A stretch of 58,766 nt of DNA from Lachnospiraceae bacterium (GCA_963657465.1 CAVKNU010000001.1:1-58766), one strand, 5' to 3'; positions 29,300-39,274 are shown, numbered from the stretch's first letter. The notes: generated from the sequence alone by a model not told the origin. Translations and numbers: made by a program.

Positions 29300-30322
29300 T
29301 TAAAACGCTAGTTCCTTGAAATATTTCCTGCCCTTCACATAATACTGCCAAAGAATGGAGCGAGAGAATATTTGAGGAATTGGTTCTTTCGTACGAGACG
29401 CCTGAATCCGACGGCGGTCTTCATCAAACTCATGCTTCCACAGCTGGAAAGCACGACGAGCCTTGAAGATGGCACGAAAGTCGCCCCAATTGCGCTTGAG
29501 CAACAAGGTCTCGAAGGCAGCCAAGTAGTCCAAGAACCAACGCATACGCATCACAGGACGCAATTCGTTCTCCGGAAGATTCTTGTAGAGCATCGTCAGA
29601 TTGTTGCGGAAATTGAGGTAAGTCTTCATCGGATTACTCTTAGGCAAGGTGCCACCACCCACATGATACACCTCGCTCTCAGGAATGCAATAGATGCGAC
29701 GCCCCTGCAGACGCAATCGCCAGCAGAGGTCAATCTCCTCATTATGTGCAAAGAAACGACCGTCCAATCCGCCCGCCTTCCAATAGTCAGCCGAGCGAAT
29801 CATCATGCAAGCTCCCGTGGCCCAGAGAATCTCCTGCTGGTAGTCGTACTGTCCATTGTCCTCCTCCACCGTATCGAAGATTCTGCCTCGACAAAAAGGA
29901 TAGCCATATTTATCCAAGAAGCCGCCACAAGCCCCGGCATATTCAAAACTGTCCTTGTCGTACTCTGCCAAGAGTTTTGGCTGGCAGGCAGCCACCTGAG
30001 GATGTGAATCCATAAATTCGATGAGTGGAGTGAGCCAATGGTGAGCTACCTCCACATCACTGTTCAAGAGCACATAGTACTCGGCCTCAATCTGCTTCAA
30101 CGCACGATTGTAACCCTCGGCAAAACCGAAGTTCTGCTCTAGCACGATAGTCTTCACCTGTGGGAACTGCGTCTCTAGCAAGTGCATCGAGTTGTCCGAG
30201 GAGCTATTGTCTGCCACCCACACTTCTGCATCCTGACGAGAATACTCTATGACGTTAGGCAGAAACTTGGCCAGCATCTTCTGCCCATTCCAATTCAATA
30301 TAACAATCGCTACTTTTGCCAT
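29300..30322 (-). CDS. Glycosyltransferase family 2
   Basis: VILNWNG, VADNSSSD, NFGFAEGYN, LLNSDVEV and EEIDLCWR motifs. Confidence 0.92.
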   Translation of the reverse strand: MAKVAIVILNWNGQKMLAKFLPNVIEYSRQDAEVWVADNSSSDNSMHLLETQFPQVKTIVLEQNFGFAEGYNRALKQIEAEYYVLLNSDVEVAHHWLTPLIEFMDSHPQVAACQPKLLAEYDKDSFEYAGACGGFLDKYGYPFCRGRIFDTVEEDNGQYDYQQEILWATGACMMIRSADYWKAGGLDGRFFAHNEEIDLCWRLRLQGRRIYCIPESEVYHVGGGTLPKSNPMKTYLNFRNNLTMLYKNLPENELRPVMRMRWFLDYLAAFETLLLKRNWGDFRAIFKARRAFQLWKHEFDEDRRRIQASRTKEPIPQIFSRSILWQYYVKGRKYFKELAF

Positions 30323-31206
30323 AATTCTTTCAATTTATTGTTCAAGAGATTGGTGAACTCGTAGTTTTTCAATCCCCATTTCGGTGCAACGAGCAGTTCC
30401 TTGGGCGACTGGCTCACGAATCTCTCCAGTACCAAGTCCTTGCGAAGCAACTGAATGTATTTAACAATGACCTCAATGTATTCCTCCACCGTATAGACGT
30501 GGAAAGGATGTTCAGCATATTGTTCTGCCAATCGGGTGCCCCGAATGATCTGCATTTGATGAATCTTCAGGATGTCAAGGGGAAGCGAAGAGATGATGGG
30601 AGCCTGACGAAGGCTTTCCTCCGCATCCTCTCCCGGAAGTCCTATGATAATATGACCGCCCGTGAGGATGCCTCGCTCATGGGTACGTTCCACGGCACGC
30701 CGACAGCAGGCAAAGTCGTGCCCACGATTGATACGTTTCAAGGTTTCGTCATTGGCACTCTCTATGCCGTATTCTACAAGCACAAAGGTGCGCTCCTTCA
30801 ATGCAGTCAAATAATCCAAGAGGTCATCGCTCACACAGTCTGGGCGAGTACCGATAACGATGCCCACCACATCTTCCACCTGCAACGCCTCCTCATACAT
30901 CGCCCGCAAATGTTCCACGCTATCGTAAGTATTCGTATAAGCTTGGAAATAAGCGAGATATTTCATATCAGGATACTTGCGCGAGAAAAAAGCCTTGCCT
31001 TCCTCTAGCTGTTCGGTAATGCTCTTCTTGCGGTCGCAATAGCTTGGATTGAATGTGCGGTTATCGCAATACGTACAACCTCCACTCGAAATCCTCCCAT
31101 CCCGATTAGGGCAAGAAAATCCCGCATCTATCGAAATTTTCTGCACACGAAAGTCGGGAAACTGACGGCGAATCCAAGAACCAAAATCATTGTAATATGC
31201 AGACAT
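30310..31206 (-). CDS. TIGR01212 (YhcC/YtqA-like) radical SAM protein
   Basis: CPNRDG...GGCTYC cysteine pattern; YFQAYTNTY, IGTRPDC and HIIIGLPGE motifs. Confidence 0.92.
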   Translation of the reverse strand: MSAYYNDFGSWIRRQFPDFRVQKISIDAGFSCPNRDGRISSGGCTYCDNRTFNPSYCDRKKSITEQLEEGKAFFSRKYPDMKYLAYFQAYTNTYDSVEHLRAMYEEALQVEDVVGIVIGTRPDCVSDDLLDYLTALKERTFVLVEYGIESANDETLKRINRGHDFACCRRAVERTHERGILTGGHIIIGLPGEDAEESLRQAPIISSLPLDILKIHQMQIIRGTRLAEQYAEHPFHVYTVEEYIEVIVKYIQLLRKDLVLERFVSQSPKELLVAPKWGLKNYEFTNLLNNKLKELWQK

Positions 31207-31208
31207 AT

Positions 31209-32588
31209 TTATAGTATTTCAGCCTTCAAAGCTGTCTTGTCGTGATTGAAATCCCCCAAGCGCACCTTTATCAATTGGTTATCATATTCTTCCTTGGCGA
31301 GCGCTGGCGATAGTTCTACACGCACATAGTTCTTAGTAAAACCATGCATTGCCTTGCCACGAGGAGCCTTCTCGAAAAGTACTTCAGCCTCGGTACCCAC
31401 ATACTGGGCATAGAAAGCTTGCGTTTTCTCATCGCTCAACTCCAGGAGTCGCTTCGAACGAAGCTTCTTCTCCTTATCGCTCACCACGTAAGGAATCTTA
31501 AGGGCTGCCGTACCCGGACGCTCGGAATAAGGGAACACATGCAACTGAGTAACAGGCAGGCTCTTCAAGAATTCATAACATTCCTCAAAGCATTCAGGAG
31601 TCTCGCCACGACATCCCACCATCACATCCACACCGATAAAGGCATCAGGCATTTTCTCCTTGATTAGGCTTACCTTATGTGCAAAGAGAGCCTTGTCATA
31701 ACGGCGATGCATCAACTTCAACACCTCGTCGCTACCACTCTGCAATGGGATGTGGAAATGAGGCATGAAAGCACGACTCTCTGCACAATATGCGATGAGA
31801 TCGTCGTCGCAAAGATCAGGCTCTAGACTAGAGATGCGATAGCGCTTGATGCCTTCCACCTGATCCATGGCTTTCACGAGGTCGAGGAATCGCTCATGGG
31901 TGGTCCGTCCGAAATCACCTATGTTGACACCCGTAATCACAATCTCCTTGCCTCCCTCTTGAGCAGCTTGTTCACACTGAGCCACAAGCGATGCTATGCT
32001 AGGATTGCGGGAGTTGCCACGAGCGAAAGGAATCGTGCAATAGGTGCAATAATAATTGCAACCATCCTGCACCTTGAGGAAATATCGCGTGCGATTGCCA
32101 CGAGAGCAAGAAGGCTGGAACGTCTTGATTTCCTTGGTCTTCACACTGTGATGAGCATGAAGGGCCTCAGCCTGCGAAGCGTCTTCCGCAGTTGGCAAAC
32201 CGTTCTCGGCAGCAAACTTCTGCGCCCAAGCATCACTGAGATACTGTATTAGGTTGGCTTTTTCATTGGCTCCCAACACAAGATCCACACCTTCAATCTT
32301 ACTCACGTTCTCCGCCTCCAATTGGGCGTAACAACCCGTTACAATCACAAAGGCACCCGGATTTTCACGCACCATGCGGTGGATTGCTTGACGGCACTTA
32401 TGATCGGCCACTTCCGTCACCGAACAGGTATTGATAAGGCAAATATCAGCATGTTCCCCCTTTTGAGCCGTAATGACACCCATATCTTCGAGCATCTTGC
32501 CAAAAGTGGAAGTTTCAGAGAAGTTGAGCTTGCAGCCCAATGTATAATAAGCGGCTTTCTTGCCCTGGAAGGCACTTGAGTCAATCAT
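31209..32588 (-). CDS. mtaB: tRNA t6A37 methylthiotransferase
   Basis: TLGCKLNFSE, INTCSVT, VTGCYAQ and KVQDGCNYYCTYC motifs; HVFPYSERPGT. Confidence 0.93.
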   Translation of the reverse strand: MIDSSAFQGKKAAYYTLGCKLNFSETSTFGKMLEDMGVITAQKGEHADICLINTCSVTEVADHKCRQAIHRMVRENPGAFVIVTGCYAQLEAENVSKIEGVDLVLGANEKANLIQYLSDAWAQKFAAENGLPTAEDASQAEALHAHHSVKTKEIKTFQPSCSRGNRTRYFLKVQDGCNYYCTYCTIPFARGNSRNPSIASLVAQCEQAAQEGGKEIVITGVNIGDFGRTTHERFLDLVKAMDQVEGIKRYRISSLEPDLCDDDLIAYCAESRAFMPHFHIPLQSGSDEVLKLMHRRYDKALFAHKVSLIKEKMPDAFIGVDVMVGCRGETPECFEECYEFLKSLPVTQLHVFPYSERPGTAALKIPYVVSDKEKKLRSKRLLELSDEKTQAFYAQYVGTEAEVLFEKAPRGKAMHGFTKNYVRVELSPALAKEEYDNQLIKVRLGDFNHDKTALKAEIL

Positions 32589-32716
32589 ATTTCAATATTT
32601 TCTTTATCAAAAAACAAAAGCTAAAACAAAGAATCAAGTTAAATATCCCTCATTATCAAACATTTACCTCAACATTACAAGAAATGCAACAAGGAAAAAA
32701 CCTTGGGGGATATAAA

Positions 32717-32749
32717 CGAAAAAGCCGCTAGACCGAAGTCTAGCGGTTG
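32717..32749 (-). terminator. Intrinsic terminator with a cUUCGg tetraloop
   Basis: Minus strand: accgctagac-ttcg-gtctagcggc-ttttt, downstream of the small lipoprotein gene. Confidence 0.85.
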
Positions 32750-32784
32750 TTTCTCTCATTTTTCGTTCGTAAAGTAATTCTAAA

Positions 32785-32955
32785 TTACTTAGCAGAATCA
32801 GCAGCAGCTGTATCAGCAGCAACTGTGTCAGCAGCAGTTGTATCAACCTGAGCTGTGTCAGAATCAGCAGAAGCTGCGTTCTGAGCTGTTTTGTTACCAC
32901 AAGATGCGAAAGAGATAGCTGCGATAGCTACGAACATTAAAACTAATTTCTTCAT
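32785..32955 (-). CDS. Small 56-aa Ala/Asp/Thr-rich lipoprotein (below the ORF-track cut-off)
   Basis: MKKLVLMFVAIAAISFASC-GNKTAQNAASADSDTAQVDTTAADTVAADTAAADSAK; lipobox FASC; own promoter TACCTTTG (33007-33014) and terminator. Confidence 0.9.
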   Translation of the reverse strand: MKKLVLMFVAIAAISFASCGNKTAQNAASADSDTAQVDTTAADTVAADTAAADSAK

Positions 32956-33254
32956 TTTCTTTGCTTTTTAAATCTGTAAAACAATCATTTGTTTATTAAA
33001 ACGATGCAAAGGTAAGTATTTTTTCAATACGTTGTTCTTTTTTTTGTGACTTTTTTTAGGGCCTTTTTGTAACTTTTTTATAATTCATTAATTATCAAAT
33101 ACTTACAAAATGCAAACAAAAGTTAAAGTTTTATCCGTGTCCGATAACAGCCATATTTTAACACTTTTCGGTGTTTTTCTATCACTTTTAATTTCTTGGA
33201 CAATGCAATATTATCCGTTACTTTTCGTTCTTAAGATAAAAAGAAATTTAAACA

Positions 33255-33923
33255 GTGACAACAACTTCAACGATAAAAGACACTATACGCACCCCCGAAT
33301 ACAGCAATCACAAGGATATTGCCGACGGAATGAATGGATTGGAGCGCTGCATCAAGCGTACATTCGACATTCTTCTCGCAGTAATCTGTCTCATTGTTTT
33401 CTCCCCCTTGTTTCTCGCCTGCTATTGCTTGGTGAAGAAGGAAGACGGCGGACCTGCCATCTTCCGCCAAGAACGCATCGGAATGGGAGGCACACCTTTT
33501 TTTATATATAAGTTCAGAAGCATGAGAATGGATGCAGAGCAAGAAGGTCCGCAGCTCTACAGCGATGAAGACGAAAAGCGACTCACCCAGATAGGTAAAT
33601 GGATGCGTGGACATCATCTTGACGAACTCCCCCAACTATGGAATGTGGCAAAGGGCGACATGTCATTCATCGGTCCTCGACCTGAGCGCAAGTTCTACAT
33701 CGACCAAATCATGGAGCGTGACCCTCGCTACGCGTACCTATATAATATAAGGCCAGGAGTAACTTCCTATGCCACTCTCTACAATGGGTATTGCGACAAC
33801 ATAGAAAAAATGTTGCGCCGCTTGCACTTCGATCTCTACTACTTGGAACATCGCTCCTGGTGGTTGGACGTAAAGATTCTCACCAAGACCTTTGTTTATA
33901 TCATGTCAGGAAAGAAATTCTAG
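33255..33923 (+). CDS. Priming (undecaprenyl-phosphate) sugar transferase, Bac_transf family
   Basis: KRTFDI, FRQERIG, YKFRSM, LDELPQLWNV..GDMSFIGPRP and RPGVT motifs. Confidence 0.95.
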   Translation: MTTTSTIKDTIRTPEYSNHKDIADGMNGLERCIKRTFDILLAVICLIVFSPLFLACYCLVKKEDGGPAIFRQERIGMGGTPFFIYKFRSMRMDAEQEGPQLYSDEDEKRLTQIGKWMRGHHLDELPQLWNVAKGDMSFIGPRPERKFYIDQIMERDPRYAYLYNIRPGVTSYATLYNGYCDNIEKMLRRLHFDLYYLEHRSWWLDVKILTKTFVYIMSGKKF

Positions 33924-33970
33924 CACAATTGCTTTCCGAAGTTTCGCATTCATGAAAGTTATTGTGGCTT

Positions 33971-34465
33971 TCAAAATTTACGGAAACGAAGCCGAAGCAT
34001 CTTCGAGCGCAATATCATTTTCTTCCCATCCAATGCTTCCTTGAGGAAATGGTCCTCCAAGCCATTGATGCCATAGGGAGCCAAGAGCGAAGCATCGGTC
34101 ACAGGGAAGTCGCCCCCCGTGCCACCTTCGTTCTCATGTCCCTTCGCCACATAAGGAGTGTGCAATATCAAGCTATCGCCTGTTTGACGAAAGCGAAGCA
34201 AATAGGCACCCCCACGGTCAATGTCGTTCACATTGATCAACTTGGCCTCTATGCTCCAAAAGACACGGCGATTGGAATAATCCACCGTAGCCATGGAATC
34301 AGAGACTGCCAACGAATCCACCGACTCCAAATGCCAAAAGCCATCGAGCGGACCATTGTTACTCGACTCAAAATCGACTCCACACGAAGAGAAGGCTACC
34401 GTCATCATAAGCGAAAACAAACCTATCGCCTTCCTTCCTTGTCTCTTCATTCTTATATGATTCAT
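33971..34465 (-). CDS. Lipoprotein with a lipocalin-like domain
   Basis: Lipobox FSSC; NGPLDGFWHL (GxW) motif; C-terminal LRFRKF. Confidence 0.7.
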   Translation of the reverse strand: MNHIRMKRQGRKAIGLFSLMMTVAFSSCGVDFESSNNGPLDGFWHLESVDSLAVSDSMATVDYSNRRVFWSIEAKLINVNDIDRGGAYLLRFRQTGDSLILHTPYVAKGHENEGGTGGDFPVTDASLLAPYGINGLEDHFLKEALDGKKMILRSKMLRLRFRKF

Positions 34466-36060
34466 TTCTTTCCCTTTCTGTTTTTCGTTGTGAGATGAAT
34501 GATTCCTTCTTTGCGTAGGGTAAGCTGGAATCCCTGATTGTCCCCCAGCATTTCCCCACTACCAATATCCATACCGTAGGCGCCCGTCACACTCCATCTC
34601 TTAGGCAGATGGTAAGTCGCCTCCAGCATCCAACTGATGTTGCGATGCGGATGCGTGAATGGGTCTTTATAAGTACCCCACCCCCGCTGACAAGAAGCCA
34701 ACAAACGATAGTCGAGGTGAGGCATGGGAGAACCGTCTATTCCCAAATGCCAAGCCACAAAGCGATTGTTTTTCACACAGATGCTTCCATCCTCATTATA
34801 AATAGGTGAACGATAGAGCGGATTGCCCATCACTTGCCCCCAATGTTGCCAACCAGTGTAGAGTCCGTGGTTATAATAGTCGTCCTTACCAGCCAAATGG
34901 TCGGGAATGTTCTGCGTACGGTCGTGATAAATAGCCCCACTCTGATATTTCGTGTAGAGATACTCCACCACCACGTCACGTATCCATCGCCCGTACTTCA
35001 GATTGAGTTCCCATCCCAGCATGATGTCCTTCAACTTATAGCGATAAAAACGGCGATACTTATGCTCATTCCAGTTCTCGCCTCCTGGATAGCCATCATA
35101 GTCGAGCAAAAACATCTGGCTATGATCCTCGAAGAAATGATCGCCATAGAATCCCAATCGCCACGCATCCGCATCATAATTCAATCGGAAAAGCCAACTG
35201 CCCACACTGTTGCCTGCCACATTGGCATATTCCCCCTCGCCATAATCAGAACCTCCCGGAACAAAAGCATCCCAGAAGTCTTTCAATCCATGACCGGCTG
35301 GAATGGGAGTGGGCGTACCATTTACAATTCGATAAGGCGTTCCCCCAAACTCCGTAGCCATCTCCAATCCCAATTCGAGTGACAAGGGAAAGAAAGCCTC
35401 CTCATTGCCTATCTTCAGATAACCCGCCTTACTATGATAAAGCACATCGTCCGCATATTTCGACTGTCGCTGCGTAAATGTATGCTGCCATCCATCGTCG
35501 GTCATTCTCCCATAAGCCACATGCCCCTTCAGATGAAGCCAATGATGCAGCACCGGGAGAGTCCAATATTCTGGCAAAGCCAATCTTACCTGAGGCACAG
35601 GACGCGCATTGATGCCAAAAGTCTGGCTGCCACTACTCAAGCGCTGGTTCTTCATCTCCATCGGATATTGCTTGGCACCCACCGTGAGCACACCGTGCAG
35701 CCAACGAGCCTCCACAAAAGCCTGTTGCAAGACCGCATGACTCGTATAATGAAGCGCCCTTGCCCAATCTATACCATAGCCTATGCCCCATCGACGGGCA
35801 GAATCAGTGGACAACGGACGAATCACGCTCCGACGAATATAACCATTCGTCTGGCTGAGCGAACTAAGTCCATATTTATTCGCATTTAACCAAAGAGGTG
35901 TATGTCCATCTGAGCACGAAGCCTGCACCTCTAAGAGTCCTTGCAAGTTTTCGTCCAATCGCAATTTTCCTGCTTCCTCCCCCTCTTGCCAAGCATATTG
36001 CGCTTGCACCATCATCGGGAGGCAAGCAAGGGATGCAATAATAATCGTTATTCTTTTCAC
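34462..36060 (-). CDS. Capsule assembly Wzi-family outer-membrane protein
   Basis: Likely GTG start at 36060; PLWLNANKYGL, LSSGS..GINARPVPQ and YYNHGLY.GW motifs, family assigned from recollection. Confidence 0.75.
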   Translation of the reverse strand: MKRITIIIASLACLPMMVQAQYAWQEGEEAGKLRLDENLQGLLEVQASCSDGHTPLWLNANKYGLSSLSQTNGYIRRSVIRPLSTDSARRWGIGYGIDWARALHYTSHAVLQQAFVEARWLHGVLTVGAKQYPMEMKNQRLSSGSQTFGINARPVPQVRLALPEYWTLPVLHHWLHLKGHVAYGRMTDDGWQHTFTQRQSKYADDVLYHSKAGYLKIGNEEAFFPLSLELGLEMATEFGGTPYRIVNGTPTPIPAGHGLKDFWDAFVPGGSDYGEGEYANVAGNSVGSWLFRLNYDADAWRLGFYGDHFFEDHSQMFLLDYDGYPGGENWNEHKYRRFYRYKLKDIMLGWELNLKYGRWIRDVVVEYLYTKYQSGAIYHDRTQNIPDHLAGKDDYYNHGLYTGWQHWGQVMGNPLYRSPIYNEDGSICVKNNRFVAWHLGIDGSPMPHLDYRLLASCQRGWGTYKDPFTHPHRNISWMLEATYHLPKRWSVTGAYGMDIGSGEMLGDNQGFQLTLRKEGIIHLTTKNRKGKK

Positions 36061-36351
36061 ACTTTCAAAATATTTTATAAGACGAGGACAAAACAAACGC
36101 CCTCGCAAGTATAACGGACTTTTACCTTATTTATTATTATAGAGAACCAAAGTAACTACTTTTTCTTTAGGATTTTATTCTAAGTCTGTCCGATGTCAGT
36201 CCTCAATAAGTCCGTCGTTCCTCCGCTATTTTGCGGATAAACGGCTTACATACAACGGATTTAGTGCGAATTAGCGGACAAGCTAGAAAAACAGACTATT
36301 TTTCTCCTTCATAAAGAAAGATAAAGGCTTTTCTTGGAAGAAATTTGGGTT

Positions 36352-36418
36352 TTAGGGTTTTTCCCCTCCCCCTTTAGGGAAAATCCTTTTCATATCCCCC
36401 TGCTTTGTTCTATCTTTG
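36352..36418 (+). promoter_or_regulatory. Promoter with two tandem TAGGG-N-CC(C)T imperfect palindromes
   Basis: tagggtttttcccct (36353) and tagggaaaatcctt (36375), 22 bp apart; TATCTTTG -7 box at 36411-36418. Confidence 0.5.
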
Positions 36419-36490
36419 CAACGTGAACAAGAGGAAAGCTCCTCTGAAGCACAACATAACTAGAAGTAAAACATTAAAAAGATAAGGATT

Positions 36491-37504
36491 ATGAAGAAGT
36501 TAATATTAGCCCTAGTAGCACTGTTCTGGATGACAGTCACTACAGCTTCAGCAATGAGTTATGAGCAGGCTCGTCAGCAAGCCTTATTCTTAACCGACAA
36601 AATGGCTTATGAGCTCAACCTCACCGACGACCAATATGAGGCTGCTTATGAAATAAACCTCGACTACTTGATGGGAGTCAACTCTGTAGATGACCTCTAC
36701 GGCAACTACTGGCGTCAGCGCAACCTCGACTTGAGTTATATCTTGCTCGACTGGCAATATCGCTCTTTCGTAAGCGCATCTTATTTCTATCGTCCTCTCT
36801 ATTGGGATGCAGGCTATTGGCACTTCGGTATCTATGCTCGCTACCCTCGTAGAGACTACTTCTACTTCGGACGCCCAAACTTCTACGTATCTTATCGTGG
36901 TGGTCATAGCTGGAGAATGAATGGTGGCAGAAGCTGGTATCATGGACGCGAATGGGGAGGTCCTCGCCCTGGAGGTCAGCCTCGCATCGGAATGAGAGAC
37001 GGATTCAACCGTGGCGACTTCGGACGTGGAAGAAATTTCGGTTCTCGCCAAAGTAGCACACGCAACACAGTAACTCGCGACCGTCAGTTTGGTAACAATC
37101 CAGGCATGGACAGACGTAACAACGGGCAAGGAATGGATAAACGCAATGACCGCCAGAATGAAAACCGCCAATTTGGCAATCGTTCTTTCGGCAACAACCG
37201 TCAGTTTAGCAACAGCAACGACCGTCCTTCCAGAGATTTCAACAAGGGAAATGTGGAACGTCCTTCCAGAGACTTTGGTGGCAACCGCAGCAATAGCAAT
37301 CGCTCCAATATATTCAATGGAAATCGCTCATTCGGCGGTGGCAACAACTCTTCTACAAGAAGTTTTACCCCTCGCTCCAGTACATCCTCTCCTAACCTAG
37401 GTGGTGGAAGCCACATGGGAGGAGGAAGCAGAGGCGGAAACTTCGGCAGCGGAAACAGAGGTGGTGGCAACAATGGTGGCGGTCATTTTGGAAATCGCAG
37501 ATAG
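36491..37504 (+). CDS. Hypothetical secreted protein with a Tyr/Trp-rich middle and a long Gly/Arg/Asn low-complexity tail
   Basis: Signal peptide; LTDKMAYELNL helical segment; RQFG, RPSRDF and RGG repeats. Confidence 0.85.
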   Translation: MKKLILALVALFWMTVTTASAMSYEQARQQALFLTDKMAYELNLTDDQYEAAYEINLDYLMGVNSVDDLYGNYWRQRNLDLSYILLDWQYRSFVSASYFYRPLYWDAGYWHFGIYARYPRRDYFYFGRPNFYVSYRGGHSWRMNGGRSWYHGREWGGPRPGGQPRIGMRDGFNRGDFGRGRNFGSRQSSTRNTVTRDRQFGNNPGMDRRNNGQGMDKRNDRQNENRQFGNRSFGNNRQFSNSNDRPSRDFNKGNVERPSRDFGGNRSNSNRSNIFNGNRSFGGGNNSSTRSFTPRSSTSSPNLGGGSHMGGGSRGGNFGSGNRGGGNNGGGHFGNRR

Positions 37505-37590
37505 CAAGTTCATTAAAATAATAAAAGGCTTAATTTAATAAGCATAGGTTTTTAGTAGGAATATGCGAAGACAGAATTAGAGAGTTTAAC

Positions 37591-37630
37591 AAAAGAGGTT
37601 GTGCCCAACTAAGCACAACCTCTTATTTTT
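37591..37630. terminator. Bidirectional terminator
   Basis: aagaggttgtgc...gcacaacctctt flanked by A and T runs, between convergent genes. Confidence 0.75.
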
Positions 37631-37650
37631 AATTTTGCTTTCCTGATAAT

Positions 37651-38235
37651 TTACATCAAATAAACGACAGAGCAGAAGAACTGTACTGCCAACACATACA
37701 GCAAAAATACAGGCGAAGCTATGCGCAAGCCTACCGACATAGCATCGAAAAAAGCCTCCAGCCCCTTGAGATGTTCACTCATCCATCCAAAAGTCAAACT
37801 CATCACAATGATTGCAAAACAAACATAAGGCACCAAACTGCGTGAGAATGGACTCGGAAAAAGTTCACCCAACGAATTGACCAAAATGGCGTGAGGAGAA
37901 AAAGTAAGCACTAGCAAAATGACCACAAACAGCACAAACTCAGCTATGACTAATCGTAAGGCGACACGTTGGCGGTATTCCTCCATCGCTAACGAAAAAA
38001 TACCACATTCCTTCACAGCTCCATAAGTCATACTTGCCAACATCAGCCACACCAGATAAGTAGAAGCCAATCGATTGACAAATCCACCAAAGAACCATCT
38101 GATTCCCTCGGAACTCAAAAGAGAATGCGCAAAATATTCAGGCATCGCAGCCGTAATGAGCCACGAAGCCAATACCAACACGATCTGAGCGAGACAAAGC
38201 ACGGTCGCCGTATATACCGCTATTTTCTTTATCAT
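37651..38235 (-). CDS. Short AbgT-like membrane protein
   Basis: SLLSSEGIRWFF resembles the N-terminal AbgT motif; about five TM segments in 194 aa. Confidence 0.6.
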   Translation of the reverse strand: MIKKIAVYTATVLCLAQIVLVLASWLITAAMPEYFAHSLLSSEGIRWFFGGFVNRLASTYLVWLMLASMTYGAVKECGIFSLAMEEYRQRVALRLVIAEFVLFVVILLVLTFSPHAILVNSLGELFPSPFSRSLVPYVCFAIIVMSLTFGWMSEHLKGLEAFFDAMSVGLRIASPVFLLYVLAVQFFCSVVYLM

Positions 38236-38239
38236 TGAA

Positions 38240-39274
38240 TCAATATTGTCGCAGAGCTGCCAGCAGCTCTACATTCTCACTCTTCTTGCCAATGGTGATG
38301 CGAAGACAATTGCCGCAAAGTTGCACATTGTTGCGATTTCTCACAATAATGCCTTGTGCCACCAAATAATCATAGACTGCTTGTGCATCGGTCATTTGTG
38401 CCAAAAAGAAATTGGCATCCGTAGGATACACCTTCTCACAAATAGGCAAGTCCAGAAAGGCTGCCACCACTTTTCCTCGCTCTTGCAAAATGTTCTTCAC
38501 CCACTCATCCATTTGGAATGGGTCTTTCAACACTTCAATGGCTTGCTGCTGCGTGAGCAAGTTTACATTATAAGGATATTTCACCTTATTAAAAATGTCT
38601 ATGATTTCCTTGCTTGCAAACGCCATACCTAATCGAAGGGCAGCGCATCCCCAAGCCTTACTCATCGTATTGAGCACTATCAAGTTAGGGAATCTATCCA
38701 ACACCGTGCGGAAAGCACGCTCGGAAGAGAAATCACTGTAAGCCTCATCCACCACGACGATACCCTCAAACTTCTGGAGTACCTCCAAGATTGCCTCACG
38801 GTTGATGTGATTACCTGTAGGATTGTTAGGACTGCAAATCCAAATCACCTTCGTATGGTCATCACAAGCTGCCAACAATCGGTCGCCCGTAATCTGAAAA
38901 TTCTCATCAAGTAACACGGAACGATACTCTACATCATTGATATCGGCACATACTTCATACATGCCATAAGTAGGAGCAATGGCCACCACATTATCAACTC
39001 CAGGGCGACAAAACACACGATACACCAAGTCAATAGCCTCATCCGAGCCATTGCCCAAGAATATTTTCTCTTCCGCAACATCTTTCACTCGGCTCACCTG
39101 CTTTTTCACCTCCACTTGCAGTGGATCAGGATAGCGATTGAAAGGTTCGTTGTATGGATTCTCATTGGCATCGAGGAAGATACGAGCATTTCTACCCGCA
39201 AACTCGGTGCGCGCACAACTATAAGGAGCCAAGTTCCAGATGTTCTCTCGGCATAATTCTTTTAAAGTTTTCAT
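38240..39274 (-). CDS. hisC: Histidinol-phosphate aminotransferase
   Basis: [34 protein letters not shown] and TMSKAWG motifs. Confidence 0.95.
   Translation of the reverse strand: MKTLKELCRENIWNLAPYSCARTEFAGRNARIFLDANENPYNEPFNRYPDPLQVEVKKQVSRVKDVAEEKIFLGNGSDEAIDLVYRVFCRPGVDNVVAIAPTYGMYEVCADINDVEYRSVLLDENFQITGDRLLAACDDHTKVIWICSPNNPTGNHINREAILEVLQKFEGIVVVDEAYSDFSSERAFRTVLDRFPNLIVLNTMSKAWGCAALRLGMAFASKEIIDIFNKVKYPYNVNLLTQQQAIEVLKDPFQMDEWVKNILQERGKVVAAFLDLPICEKVYPTDANFFLAQMTDAQAVYDYLVAQGIIVRNRNNVQLCGNCLRITIGKKSENVELLAALRQY

Noticed and set aside
32664..32900. 78-aa Leu/Gln-rich ORF in the track
   Set aside because: Out-of-frame reading of the repeats of the real 56-aa lipoprotein gene (32785-32955).
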